A stretch of 64,000 nucleotides of DNA, taken from NCBI RefSeq assembly GCF_000153105.1, contig NZ_CH672376.1:2499136-2563135 (forward strand). The letters are read 5' to 3'. Within the stretch, counting starts at the first letter, position 1. Each line of letters begins with the position of its first letter. Below are positions 19,077 to 28,466 of the stretch, piece after piece. The position numbers were made by a program, and so were the translations under genes. The notes below the pieces were generated by a model. It ran no database searches and was not told the DNA's origin. It saw only the letters and a program-made list of their open reading frames with translations. Origin of the DNA: Blastopirellula marina DSM 3645. GTDB lineage: Bacteria > Planctomycetota > Planctomycetia > Pirellulales > Pirellulaceae.

Positions 19077-20153
19077 TTATTGGTTCAGCCCGCCGTTTTC
19101 GACTTGCAGTTGATTGACTAGTCGTTGCAGTCGGGCGACTTCCGCTTCTAGCTCGGCGACGCGGTTGCGCAGTTGGACGTTTTCTGACTGATCTTGAACC
19201 GGCGGAACCGGATTGGCGCCCAGTTCCGATAACGCTCGATTCAGCATCTGCATCGCGGGACGATTGGAGAATGGGCCGGCCTGCGGCGAATTGGGGGTTT
19301 CGTTGACCAAGGTCGGCGGTTGTCCGTCTAGACGAACGTTCGATTGCAGCATCCGATTGCCGACGTAGTAGTTGATCGGCACATCGCGATCCGCAGGCAT
19401 CGTCGACAAGATCGAGAGTAAATCTTGCGGCTCGTTCACGCGGCGATTGTTGAGCGCCACAATGACCGAACCGACCGGAATTCCGGCAAACGCCGCGGCG
19501 CTGCCAGGCGATACGCTTTCGACCACGGCTCCCCGTCGGACCGCAGTGCCGGTCGCTTCTCGATACTGATCGGTCACCGGAAGGACCCGAACGCCCAATT
19601 TGCCGCGCTGGGGCGGCTGCTGCATCGCCGGAGGTGGAAGTGGGTTGCTTGTGTTGTCTTCTAGGCCGAGCGGATCGAGGGGATTGCTGTTGTTGCCATT
19701 CGCAGGAGGTTTGTTGTTGGCCGGGGGCGGCAACATCTCAGCAGCGGCTGGGCGATTGCCCAGCGTGACCAAGATCGCCTGCGGCTCTCCGCCGCGCTGG
19801 ACCGTGATCTTGATCCGTGAGCCAGGAACCTGGTTGCGCATCAGGCGGGCGAACTGATCGAGACTATTGACCGCGACGGTTTCGAGCGAAACGACGCGAT
19901 CCCCTGCTTCTAGGCCGGCTTGTTCGGCCGGACCGCCTGGATTGACTTTCAAGACGACGATGCCGGCTTGTTGGGCGCCCTCGGGAAGATTGTCGAGCGT
20001 CGCGCCCAGGTAGCCCGGGTTGGCGGGCGCCGGAGTTGGCGCCGGATCTCCCGGAGGTCGGATCAGGTTTTGCAGTTGGTCCAAGGCCGTTTGGGCGTGT
20101 CCAAAACTGGGAATCGCCAACAGGGCCGCTAAGGTCAAAATAAGGGTTCGCAT
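19077..20153 (-). CDS. secreted PDZ domain protein with two PDZ domains and a C-terminal coiled coil
   Basis: Signal peptide; two GLEAGDRVVSL / GIPVGSVIVALNNRRV PDZ-like blocks; C-terminal LRNRVAELEAEVARLQRLVNQLQ. Confidence 0.65.
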   Translation of the reverse strand: MRTLILTLAALLAIPSFGHAQTALDQLQNLIRPPGDPAPTPAPANPGYLGATLDNLPEGAQQAGIVVLKVNPGGPAEQAGLEAGDRVVSLETVAVNSLDQFARLMRNQVPGSRIKITVQRGGEPQAILVTLGNRPAAAEMLPPPANNKPPANGNNSNPLDPLGLEDNTSNPLPPPAMQQPPQRGKLGVRVLPVTDQYREATGTAVRRGAVVESVSPGSAAAFAGIPVGSVIVALNNRRVNEPQDLLSILSTMPADRDVPINYYVGNRMLQSNVRLDGQPPTLVNETPNSPQAGPFSNRPAMQMLNRALSELGANPVPPVQDQSENVQLRNRVAELEAEVARLQRLVNQLQVENGGLNQ

Positions 20154-20274
20154 GGGTGACTCCCCACCGCTAGAGTCATTCGAAAGGGGTAATATTAGTA
20201 CAGCCTATCTCTATTGTTACCTACAAGCCCTCGATACGGCAAAGCATTTCCCGCTTCTTCCCGCGAAACCGATA

Positions 20275-21267
20275 ATGACTCGAGCGGGCCATTTGGGGTA
20301 TTCTGCACTGATGCAAAGAATTTCCACTGACATGCTGACCGTCGAACTTGCTGATCCCGCCTGTTATGGCGCCGCCATCTGGATGGTGTTTGGCGGCGGA
20401 CTGCGCCGAACCATGGCCGGTCGTCTGGCGGCGATTCTCCAGGCCCAGCGGCAGGGAAAAGTGAGCTTTGAAGGCTTATTTGTCGCTCGCCGTGGAGAGA
20501 GGATTGTCGGCGCCGTTTGGGGAACCGAACAGCCGGGGCGCTTTGCAACCGTTTGGCCCGCGCGCGTGATGCCGAGCGAAGCGCCCGCCGTGGCGAAGTT
20601 GTTGCAACAGTCCGTCATCCAATATCTAGCAGGTCTCGATATTTCTCTGGCGCAAAGTCTGATCGCCTCCGATGCGCTCAGCGATCAGCGATTGCTAGAA
20701 GAGGCCGGCTTTCAGTCGGTCACCCACCTAGAGTACCTGTTTCTCCAAGCAGCCCAGACGCGTGCCGATTTAGCGCAGCCAGCGTTAAAAGGTGTTCCAT
20801 ATGCTCAAACCGAAGACGCGGCGCCTGATTTAATCGCAACGTATCCAGGCACGCTCGACTGCCCTGAGTTTGACGGTTTGCGTCCGATTCAGGATGTGAT
20901 CGCCGGTTATCGCGACACGGGTGCGTTTGAGTTGTCACTTTGGCAACGGCTTGAGTTCAACGGACAACCGGCCGGCGTAATGATTCTCGCTCCTACACCC
21001 GACTTCCAACATTTGGAAATCGTCTACTTGGGGCTACGGCCAGAAATGCGCAATCAGGGTTTGGGGAAAGCGGCGGTGCAACTGGCGCTTGCCGAAGCCC
21101 AAAAGCGTGGGATTGATCGCTTGGTTTTGGCGGTCGATCAACGGAACGAGCCGGCGATCCGCAGCTATTCGGCCAGCGGTTTTCTCGGTTATGAAACGCG
21201 ACGATTGATGGTTGGCCGCGTCAACGATGCGGCTTCGATTTCTAAAACGGCGCACTCTGCGACGTAA
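20275..21267 (+). CDS. GNAT family N-acetyltransferase
   Basis: Acetyl-CoA motif RNQGLGKAAVQLALAEA; start placed after the overlap with the convergent PDZ gene. Confidence 0.6.
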   Translation: MTRAGHLGYSALMQRISTDMLTVELADPACYGAAIWMVFGGGLRRTMAGRLAAILQAQRQGKVSFEGLFVARRGERIVGAVWGTEQPGRFATVWPARVMPSEAPAVAKLLQQSVIQYLAGLDISLAQSLIASDALSDQRLLEEAGFQSVTHLEYLFLQAAQTRADLAQPALKGVPYAQTEDAAPDLIATYPGTLDCPEFDGLRPIQDVIAGYRDTGAFELSLWQRLEFNGQPAGVMILAPTPDFQHLEIVYLGLRPEMRNQGLGKAAVQLALAEAQKRGIDRLVLAVDQRNEPAIRSYSASGFLGYETRRLMVGRVNDAASISKTAHSAT

Positions 21268-21334
21268 GTCGCGACTCTTGCAGACGTTGGAGCCCGGTTA
21301 GAATCGGCGGAGCATTTTCTGCGGCGAGCCGCCG

Positions 21335-21359
21335 GTGGATCTTTAACAAGTTATCCACG
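21335..21359. promoter_or_regulatory. DnaA-box-like inverted pair GTGGAT-N12-ATCCAC (TTATCCACG) upstream of dnaA; candidate oriC element
   Basis: TTATCCACG matches the TTATCCACA consensus at 8 of 9 positions; a further TGGATC lies at ~21397 and a T-rich tract at 21449-21470. Confidence 0.35.
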
Positions 21360-21616
21360 CAACGGCGAAAAAAAGATGTTTGGTTCCAGCGGCGCGTGGA
21401 TCGTCAAAACTGCGGAAAAAAACGACCGCAGGAATCGCTCGTCCTCTGTTCCTCTCTTTTTTATCTCGAAGCAGCCGTTCAGTGGTTTGACACCAGTGCT
21501 AGCAGCTTTAAAATCGTGCTCCAGTCAATGTTAAGAGTTCCGACCATTGGTCGTGGAATCCCCGTCGTGTAAACCGCTTTGGTTTGCAGCTAGTAGCCTG
21601 CTGAAAGAGTCAGCCT

Positions 21617-23005
21617 GTGGTCATGGAAGACATCGATCTCGACACCCTGTCCGCTTTGCGCATCTCGCTAGTCGAGCGCATTGGGCAGGAACGATTCGAT
21701 CTTTGGTTCAATTCGAGTGCGCAGCTCCGATTGGATCGCGACCAGCTTTTCATCGAAGCGGCGAGTCAATTTACGATTGATTTTCTCCGTCGTAACTTCC
21801 GTGAACAGATTGACGCTGCGGTCGCTGACACGATGCCAGGCTCCACCGTGATTCAATATCGCGTCTCGGCGGACACGTCTGGTCCACGAACCGGAAAAAA
21901 AGTGACAGCGGCTGTCGCAGGGGTCGCTCCGGTCAATAAGGTTGAAGCCCGCCAAGAGCTGAGCCGCCGTCGCAAGTTCTCTTCACTCGAACAGCTGATC
22001 GTCGGCGAGTGCAACAAGTTTGCGTCGACCGCCGCATCGATGATTATGAACCGCCCCGGCGAGATCAATCCGCTGTTCATCTGCGGACCGCAAGGCTCGG
22101 GCAAGACGCACCTGTTAGAAGGCATTTACGGCGAGGCGCGGCGCAGCAAGAAGTTTGAACGGGTCGTTTATCTCTCGGCCGAACAATTTACGACCTACTT
22201 TCTCGACGCTTTAAACGGTTCCGGCGTGGCCAACTTCCGCCGCAAGTACCGTGACGCCGACTTGTTGATCATCGATGACGTGCAGTTCTTCGCCGGCAAA
22301 CGGGCCACGCGGACCGAACTGCTGCACACGCTTGATTCGATCACGCGTCGCGGCGGACAAATCGTGCTGGCCGCCGACAAGCGTCCGACCGAACTTTCGG
22401 CCCTCGGCCCCGAACTGATCGCTCGCTTCTCTGGCGGCCTGGTTTGCGAAGTCCACGAGATCGATCGAGACACGCGCCGCAAGATGGCCGAGAAGTTGTG
22501 CGCCTCTCGCGATATGAACGCTTCGCGCGGTTTGCTCGATTGGCTGGCCGATCATTTGCCCGGCGACGCTCGCTTGATGTCGGGCGCGATGAATCGGTTA
22601 TGGGCGACTGCGATGTCGTTGGACCGTCCTGTAGACGTCGCAATGGCCGAAAATGCGTTAGCCGACATGGTGCGAGCTTGTACGCCGATCGTGCGTTTGG
22701 CCGATATCGAAGAGGTTGTTTGCAAGTCGTTCGGGATCGACGCTAAAATACTGCGTAGCCCCAGCAAGTCGCGCAAGGCGAGTCATCCCCGGATGTTGGC
22801 GATGTGGTTAGCGCGAAAGTATACGAAGGCCGCGTTGTCGGACATCTGTCAGTTCTTTCATCGGAAGAGTCACAGCACGGTGATCTCGGCCGAGAAAAAA
22901 GTGAACCAGTGGATCAAAGAATCGAAGAGCTTGCAGCTTTCCGATACAGCGATTCATGTGAGCGATGCGATCCGCCGCTGCGAGTCGGAGTTAAAGCTGG
23001 GCTAG
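21617..23005 (+). CDS. dnaA: chromosomal replication initiator protein DnaA
   Basis: Walker A ICGPQGSGKTHLL, AAA+ box LLIIDDVQF, C-terminal DnaA domain IV (HPRMLAMWLARKYTKAALSDI). Confidence 0.85.
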   Translation: MVMEDIDLDTLSALRISLVERIGQERFDLWFNSSAQLRLDRDQLFIEAASQFTIDFLRRNFREQIDAAVADTMPGSTVIQYRVSADTSGPRTGKKVTAAVAGVAPVNKVEARQELSRRRKFSSLEQLIVGECNKFASTAASMIMNRPGEINPLFICGPQGSGKTHLLEGIYGEARRSKKFERVVYLSAEQFTTYFLDALNGSGVANFRRKYRDADLLIIDDVQFFAGKRATRTELLHTLDSITRRGGQIVLAADKRPTELSALGPELIARFSGGLVCEVHEIDRDTRRKMAEKLCASRDMNASRGLLDWLADHLPGDARLMSGAMNRLWATAMSLDRPVDVAMAENALADMVRACTPIVRLADIEEVVCKSFGIDAKILRSPSKSRKASHPRMLAMWLARKYTKAALSDICQFFHRKSHSTVISAEKKVNQWIKESKSLQLSDTAIHVSDAIRRCESELKLG

Positions 23006-23048
23006 AGTTCCCCCCCAGTCCGATACATCTGTCAGTGGAGACGCGGCC

Positions 23049-23573
23049 ATGGCGCTGGAAGAGATTCTCAACTTCATTCCGCCTCCGGCTGAAACAGTCG
23101 ATACCTCGGGCGACTGGGCGATCGCCGAACAGCAGTTCGGCCTGACGCTACCGACCGACTTCAAGCAGTTGATCGAGACCTACGGCTCAGGCGAGTTCCC
23201 TCGGGGTCTCGTCGTCGCAAATCTGCTGACTCAGGAAGGCCGAGACAAGGTCGGCGAAGATCTATCGCGTTACGCAGAATTAAAAGATACGTGCGAGCAC
23301 GAATATATTCTGCACCCCGAATGCCCTGGGCTTTTCCCTTGGGGAAGCGACGAAAATGGGCACCTCTACTGCTGGTGGACCGAGGGAGAACCGGACCAAT
23401 GGGGAATTGTGCAACTTTATCACCGTTGTGAGGACGCCCCGTTGAAGATTTTCCCCGGGCCGCTCACCAGTTTCCTGGTCCGCTTGATGAGCAACAGCTA
23501 CACGAACATGCTGGGGGGAGTCGAGTTAGAGCCGGACCAGCTTCGCTTTATCCGCGGTCGCCAGCCGGTCTAG
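23049..23573 (+). CDS. SMI1/KNR4 (SUKH-superfamily) protein
   Basis: FGLTLPTDFKQLIETYGSGEF pattern of SMI1_KNR4/SUKH-1 immunity-like domains. Confidence 0.55.
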   Translation: MALEEILNFIPPPAETVDTSGDWAIAEQQFGLTLPTDFKQLIETYGSGEFPRGLVVANLLTQEGRDKVGEDLSRYAELKDTCEHEYILHPECPGLFPWGSDENGHLYCWWTEGEPDQWGIVQLYHRCEDAPLKIFPGPLTSFLVRLMSNSYTNMLGGVELEPDQLRFIRGRQPV

Positions 23574-23715
23574 CCGAAACGTTTATTCTCTTCTGTTAAT
23601 TTCTGATTCGGCCCCCAGAAATGAAAGCCGACTGCTGCTATCTTTGATCTCTAGCGTGATGGAGTGACATTGAGGTCCGGCGCGAGGTCTCTCGCCCCCA
23701 GAAAGCATTGAGCGT

Positions 23716-24330
23716 ATGAGTAGCAGTGACGGAAGAGGCAGAATCCCGATCGTCGGCGTGATGGGATCGGGCAAAAAAGTGCACGGTGATCTGGCCAAAG
23801 AGTTGGGCGTCTGGATTGCCCAGGCCGGCTACAACTTGCTGACCGGCGGCGGCGGTGGAGAGATGAAAGCGGTCAGCGAGTCATTCTTCAACGTCGAGGA
23901 GCGCGCGGGCCGTGTGATCGGCATTATCCCCGGCGACGCGTCGGGCGGCTCCTACTCGCGCCGGCTTCACTATCCGAACGAGTTTGTCGAAATCCCGATC
24001 TACACCCATCTGCCGCAAACCGGTTACGAGGGAATGCAGGTCGCTAGTCGCAACCATGTGAACATCCTCAGCTCTGACATCGTCGTTGCGCTTCCCGGAA
24101 CCAAAGGAACCGCCGCCGAAGTCTGCCTGGCGCTGCGATACGGTCGCCCGGTGATCGCACTGCTGGGTGGTCGCTTCAAGATCCCCGGTCTGCCGGCTGA
24201 AGTGCAGACCGTCGCAACGGTCGAAGAAGTCGCCAAGTGGATCACTGAGCTAGAACCGAAGCCGCTGCCGTCCAGCTGCCGACTAAAGAAGGTCGTACCG
24301 CCGGATGAGATCTTGACGCCCGATTTTTAG
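23716..24330 (+). CDS. TIGR00725/LOG-like Rossmann-fold protein
   Basis: IPIVGVMGSG...PGTKGTAAEV resembles the LOG/TIGR00725 PGGxGTxxE motif. Confidence 0.55.
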   Translation: MSSSDGRGRIPIVGVMGSGKKVHGDLAKELGVWIAQAGYNLLTGGGGGEMKAVSESFFNVEERAGRVIGIIPGDASGGSYSRRLHYPNEFVEIPIYTHLPQTGYEGMQVASRNHVNILSSDIVVALPGTKGTAAEVCLALRYGRPVIALLGGRFKIPGLPAEVQTVATVEEVAKWITELEPKPLPSSCRLKKVVPPDEILTPDF

Positions 24331-24394
24331 TTCCAGCGAAGCAGCGCATCTTTAGCCCCCACGGGGCTCGGTGATAGCAGCGTTGGGGGCAAGC

Positions 24395-25393
24395 TTAGCG
24401 TGTGAAATATGGCTCGCGAATGTACAAGACATCGCCACCATCGTAGGGCAAGCAATACTTCCTCACCTCATCTGACGTGAGGAAGGGAGCTTGAGTACGA
24501 ACTCCATGACGTGAACTGACTTGGATTCTGGAGGCGACTTCCATGGCCGGAATGCAGGGACGCGAATCGCTTTCAATCCAAATTCGAATGTCGACGTGAC
24601 CAGGGGAGTTTGCCGTAGCCGAGGCAAGCTCGGTTACCGGACGATTGTGTTGCCGCCGAAGTAAGTTTCCCAGCGAAGAGTCAGCGGGGAGTTGCATTTC
24701 GACCGGGTAGGCAAGGCAAACTTGCGGGACCTGGAGGGAAAGAAAACGCAGGCCTGTGATTTCGGGGAATGTTGTTTCACGAATGATCTGGTTCTCTTTT
24801 CCTAGTACCGAGAGACGCATCCGCTCATCGGTCGTTTCCAGCACAATTTCATACGTTTCCGCGCCCGGGCCCAGTTCCAATCGTTTCGGCTTGTATAGAT
24901 GGCGAGGATGACTGTTTAGAAATTCTTCGCGGGTCGGATACCTGTTATAGACATAGGGGCTGCGCTGCTTGTCTTGCGGCGGAGCCGTTCCTCTGGTTCG
25001 CGTGGCGACAAGCAACCGATGCTTGCCGGCAGGAAGATAAAGCACGAGCTTCGCTACTTGGCGAGCAGGCTTGGGCAGTGGATGCCACGCGATTCGAGGT
25101 CCCTGGCGAACAATAAAGTCGTCTCGCGAAGTGCAGTCGGCCATCATCTCTTGCACTTTGCGATCTTCGCTGCGCCAACGCTTTTGGAATTCCTCCGCCG
25201 TCATGAGAGTGCGTTCGGCCTCTAGCAGTTGATCTCGCAATTTTTCGTTATTCGCTTCTTTCTCCGTGATCGCCGCTTCCTGCGATTTCAGCAAATAAAA
25301 AACATAGCTGTTCGTGATCGCGCACGCGACAATGATCACCAGGATATTGCCCCAGAAGAGTAGGCTCAATCGTTTCCAGACCGTTTCGTTCAC
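24395..25393 (-). CDS. hypothetical membrane-anchored coiled-coil protein
   Basis: One N-terminal TM then a coiled-coil-like stretch; 4-nt overlap with the upstream ORF. Confidence 0.5.
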   Translation of the reverse strand: MNETVWKRLSLLFWGNILVIIVACAITNSYVFYLLKSQEAAITEKEANNEKLRDQLLEAERTLMTAEEFQKRWRSEDRKVQEMMADCTSRDDFIVRQGPRIAWHPLPKPARQVAKLVLYLPAGKHRLLVATRTRGTAPPQDKQRSPYVYNRYPTREEFLNSHPRHLYKPKRLELGPGAETYEIVLETTDERMRLSVLGKENQIIRETTFPEITGLRFLSLQVPQVCLAYPVEMQLPADSSLGNLLRRQHNRPVTELASATANSPGHVDIRIWIESDSRPCIPAMEVASRIQVSSRHGVRTQAPFLTSDEVRKYCLPYDGGDVLYIREPYFTR

Positions 25394-25662
25394 TCGTCTC
25401 CCCTGTTCGCTACCAGCTTGTCGTGCTGTAACTTTGCGTCAAGAAAGAATGGAGACGGGTACGGCCGTCGCTGTAAGACCCCCGCGGAGATTTGAACTCG
25501 TAAGTCGATTGCTTCAAGCTCTTTCAACTTAGACGCTTCTTTCGAGGTCACCGAGCGTAGTTGATTCTTCGTCTTTTTCGCTTGCGGCCAGACGACTGCC
25601 GACCAGGCGAATGTCGCAACCAAAAGCGTGAGCAGCAGCAAGCCTCGAATGGTGAATCGCAT
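25390..25662 (-). CDS. small membrane protein
   Basis: Single N-terminal TM (LLLLTLLVATFAWSAVV); 3-nt gap to the ankyrin gene. Confidence 0.4.
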   Translation of the reverse strand: MRFTIRGLLLLTLLVATFAWSAVVWPQAKKTKNQLRSVTSKEASKLKELEAIDLRVQISAGVLQRRPYPSPFFLDAKLQHDKLVANRGDE

Positions 25663-25665
25663 CGA

Positions 25666-26544
25666 TTATTTCTGTGCTTGCGGTGTTGGTTGGATCAGCG
25701 GCGTTTGCACTTGACGATAGTTCGCATGCAGCCACTTGATGGCGGGGTCGAATTCAGCAGCTGCGGTTGAAGAATTCCGGAGTCGTTTCAGCTGCGATTC
25801 GATAGCGTCAACAATATCCTGCTCTTGATCATCGCGAATGCTGGGATCGGCGCCTGCTTGGAGCAAGAGAAGGCAGATATTGGGCGATTTATGAACCGCC
25901 CAATGACAAGGCGTATAGCCATAGGCGCCCCGTTGATCAAATTCTACACCGTTATCGATCATCGCTTGGACGTGCTTTTCGCTGCCGCGACTTTGTAAAG
26001 TTTCAAAGTAATAGTGAATGAGATTTTGGCCGTTCGTTCCAGGTTGATTGGGATTCTTGGAATAGGGGAGCGCCGCCATCCAGAAATCATGGCGCATCGC
26101 ATAGACGCTGGAAATCAATACGGAGTTTCGTTCGCTGAACACGCTCCATCCTTTGGCGGGACAATATTCTGCCAATTGCTGGTCCGGATCAGCCCCTTGC
26201 TCCAACAGCATTTTGAATGCGTCCATGTTTCCTTCGACAAACGCCCAATAGAGGAGCGTAAAGCCATACCGCCCTGGCGCATCGAGATCGGGATTCTGAT
26301 CCAGCAGCAATTGAAGGCGCCCCAGATCACCGGAAGAGATCGCTTTTGCGATGTCGAGGGGTTCTTCCGATTGAAAGAAGTCGCGCGGCAGCCATCCTTC
26401 TCGTTTGGCGATCGGCGATTGTCTGGGCTTCGCCGCCTTGGGGCCGATAAAGGTCGGCGCCTGCGCGGCGCGGGGCTGCTCACACCCAGCGATTCCACCG
26501 AGGACCGCGATCCAGCAGAGAACATAAAACACGACGATTTTCAT
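25666..26544 (-). CDS. ankyrin-repeat lipoprotein
   Basis: Lipobox LGGIAGCEQ; repeated G.TPLH.A......LL..GAD blocks. Confidence 0.7.
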   Translation of the reverse strand: MKIVVFYVLCWIAVLGGIAGCEQPRAAQAPTFIGPKAAKPRQSPIAKREGWLPRDFFQSEEPLDIAKAISSGDLGRLQLLLDQNPDLDAPGRYGFTLLYWAFVEGNMDAFKMLLEQGADPDQQLAEYCPAKGWSVFSERNSVLISSVYAMRHDFWMAALPYSKNPNQPGTNGQNLIHYYFETLQSRGSEKHVQAMIDNGVEFDQRGAYGYTPCHWAVHKSPNICLLLLQAGADPSIRDDQEQDIVDAIESQLKRLRNSSTAAAEFDPAIKWLHANYRQVQTPLIQPTPQAQK

Positions 26545-26553
26545 CGCCTTACT

Positions 26554-26790
26554 TTAGTAACTCCGCTCTTCAAACTCCAGCAAGTTCTCCCCTTCCTGCA
26601 TCGCGTCAATCTCTGCAAAGCTCAGAAAGCGAATGTCGTTGTGGTCCTGTAGCTCGACTTTGTAGTGCTCGCCGGGGCGGACTTTCTTCCAAAGGCGAAC
26701 GCGGCTTACGCCGTTTTTGCGGGCCACTTTGATGCAGTCTTCCGATTTGCGCTCGACGACGAGCGTCACTTTGTGATTGATTTGCGCCAT
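26554..26790 (-). CDS. small hypothetical protein (78 aa)
   Basis: First ORF of the minus-strand four-gene block; 9-nt gap to the ankyrin gene. Confidence 0.35.
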   Translation of the reverse strand: MAQINHKVTLVVERKSEDCIKVARKNGVSRVRLWKKVRPGEHYKVELQDHNDIRFLSFAEIDAMQEGENLLEFEERSY

Positions 26791-26930
26791 AACGATTTCT
26801 CTGCTCTGCTAGACGTTTCCGGAGGGCCTTCTCTTACAAACCTAGATTGCGAATCCCTTGGATTGCGGACACGAATTATGCAGAGTAGCGAGAAGTGGGC
26901 ATTCTCGACAGCATTTGGGGCGATGCGCAC

Positions 26931-26965
26931 AAAAAAAGCGGGCCTGCGGGCCCGCTTTTCTTTTC
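26931..26965 (-). terminator. bidirectional rho-independent terminator
   Basis: AAAAAAA-GCGGGCC-tgcg-GGCCCGC-TTTTCTTTT; serves the minus-strand oxidoreductase gene that ends at 26988. Confidence 0.7.
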
Positions 26966-26987
26966 GCTTAATTTTGCTGAAAGCCTA

Positions 26988-28283
26988 TTAGACGAATTTC
27001 GTCTTGCCCGGCATGGCGACGACCGGTGTCGGAGCGTCCCCCCATTCGTAAGCTTTCGGGGTCATGTCTTCTTGCGAGTTGAGCGCCATGTCCCAAGTGA
27101 TCTTCTGGCCGGTGTAGGCGGCCATGCGGCCCATGATGGCCATCAACGTGCTGCGGGTCATGTAGACGCCGTTGTTGATGATGTTGCCAGAACGCATCCC
27201 TTCGTACAACGCTTTGTGCTCAAGGTCGTACATGCTGCCGCCGGGGCCGCTGTACTTCCAGGCTTCGCCTTCGTTCGGCGTGACCGTACCGCTGAGGATT
27301 TGCGCCTTGCCTTTGGTGCCGTAGACGTAGTCGTTGACGTCGTTGTAGCAACCAGCCATCTGGCGGCAGTAGGAGAAGGTCTTCACATCATTGGGGAACT
27401 CGTACGAGACGCCGAAGTGATCGTAGACGTTGCCCCATTTCGCTTCGGTCCGAACCTGACGTCCGCCGACCGCTTCGCAAGCGAGCGGCGCCGCGTCGTC
27501 GTTCAGCCAAAGGGCCTTGTCGAGACTATGGATGTGCTGCTCGGCAATGATGTCGCCGGCGAGCCAGGTGTAGTAGGTCCAGTTGCGAACCTGGTTTTCC
27601 ATCTCGGTCCATTCAGATGTCGGTTGGCGATACCAGAGCGTGCCGGTCAGATAGGTCTCGTGAATCGAAACGATATCGCCGATCGCGCCTTCTTTGATCT
27701 TGGCGATGGTCTCTTGAACCATCGGAGCGTAACGCCAGCAAAGACCACTGACGATGCTCAGGTCTTTTTGACGCGCCATTTCGACCGTTTCAAACACGTG
27801 GCGGCAACCAGGGCCGTCGACAGCGACCGGCTTCTCGCAGAAAACGTGCTTGCCGGCTTCGATCGCGGCCCGCAAATGCGCCGGACGGAAGTGAGGCGGC
27901 GTGCAGAGCAACACGGCGTCGACATCGGTCTCCATCACTTGCTTGTAGCCGTCAAAACCAGAGAAGCAAGTTTCGTCGGTTACTTCCAAACGATCGCCCA
28001 AAGCGCGGGTCAGACGTTCGCGCGCTTGCGTCAAGACATCGGGGAAGATATCGCAGAGCGCGGTGACCTTCAAATTGGGATCGCCCATCGTCGCATTTTT
28101 GGCGGCGCCGCTACCACGACCACCGCAACCGATCAACGCAACTTTAATCGTGTCATCGCCGGCGGCGTGAACGCTGCGAGCCAGGCTCAAGCTGCCGACC
28201 GCGGCGGCGCCGCTGATCGCGGCCGATTTGCGGAGAAACTCGCGACGCGTATCGGAGTTGGGAGTGCTGTTTTCATTCGGCAT
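26988..28283 (-). CDS. Gfo/Idh/MocA family oxidoreductase with Tat signal
   Basis: Twin-arginine RREFLRKSAAISGAAAVGS; Rossmann motif IKVALIGCGGRG. Confidence 0.85.
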   Translation of the reverse strand: MPNENSTPNSDTRREFLRKSAAISGAAAVGSLSLARSVHAAGDDTIKVALIGCGGRGSGAAKNATMGDPNLKVTALCDIFPDVLTQARERLTRALGDRLEVTDETCFSGFDGYKQVMETDVDAVLLCTPPHFRPAHLRAAIEAGKHVFCEKPVAVDGPGCRHVFETVEMARQKDLSIVSGLCWRYAPMVQETIAKIKEGAIGDIVSIHETYLTGTLWYRQPTSEWTEMENQVRNWTYYTWLAGDIIAEQHIHSLDKALWLNDDAAPLACEAVGGRQVRTEAKWGNVYDHFGVSYEFPNDVKTFSYCRQMAGCYNDVNDYVYGTKGKAQILSGTVTPNEGEAWKYSGPGGSMYDLEHKALYEGMRSGNIINNGVYMTRSTLMAIMGRMAAYTGQKITWDMALNSQEDMTPKAYEWGDAPTPVVAMPGKTKFV

Positions 28284-28466
28284 AAAAAGAAGCTCCTTTG
28301 GCAGGCGACTGCGTCTCGTGAGGTGAGAACGCTTCAATCGGTTGGAGACGCAGGGTGTGGGTAAGTTCCGATTCTAGATCGATGCGCCGGAAATCGCTAT
28401 TCGATTTTAGGTGGGTAGGGGGCGTTTTTCCGCGTTTCTTTTCACGGCGCGCACAAACGACAGGTC

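Noticed and set aside
26895-28364. 489-aa plus-strand ORF
   Set aside because: Fully antisense to the well-supported Gfo/Idh/MocA oxidoreductase (Tat signal, Rossmann motif); Arg/Ala/Gly-rich composition typical of spurious ORFs in high-GC DNA
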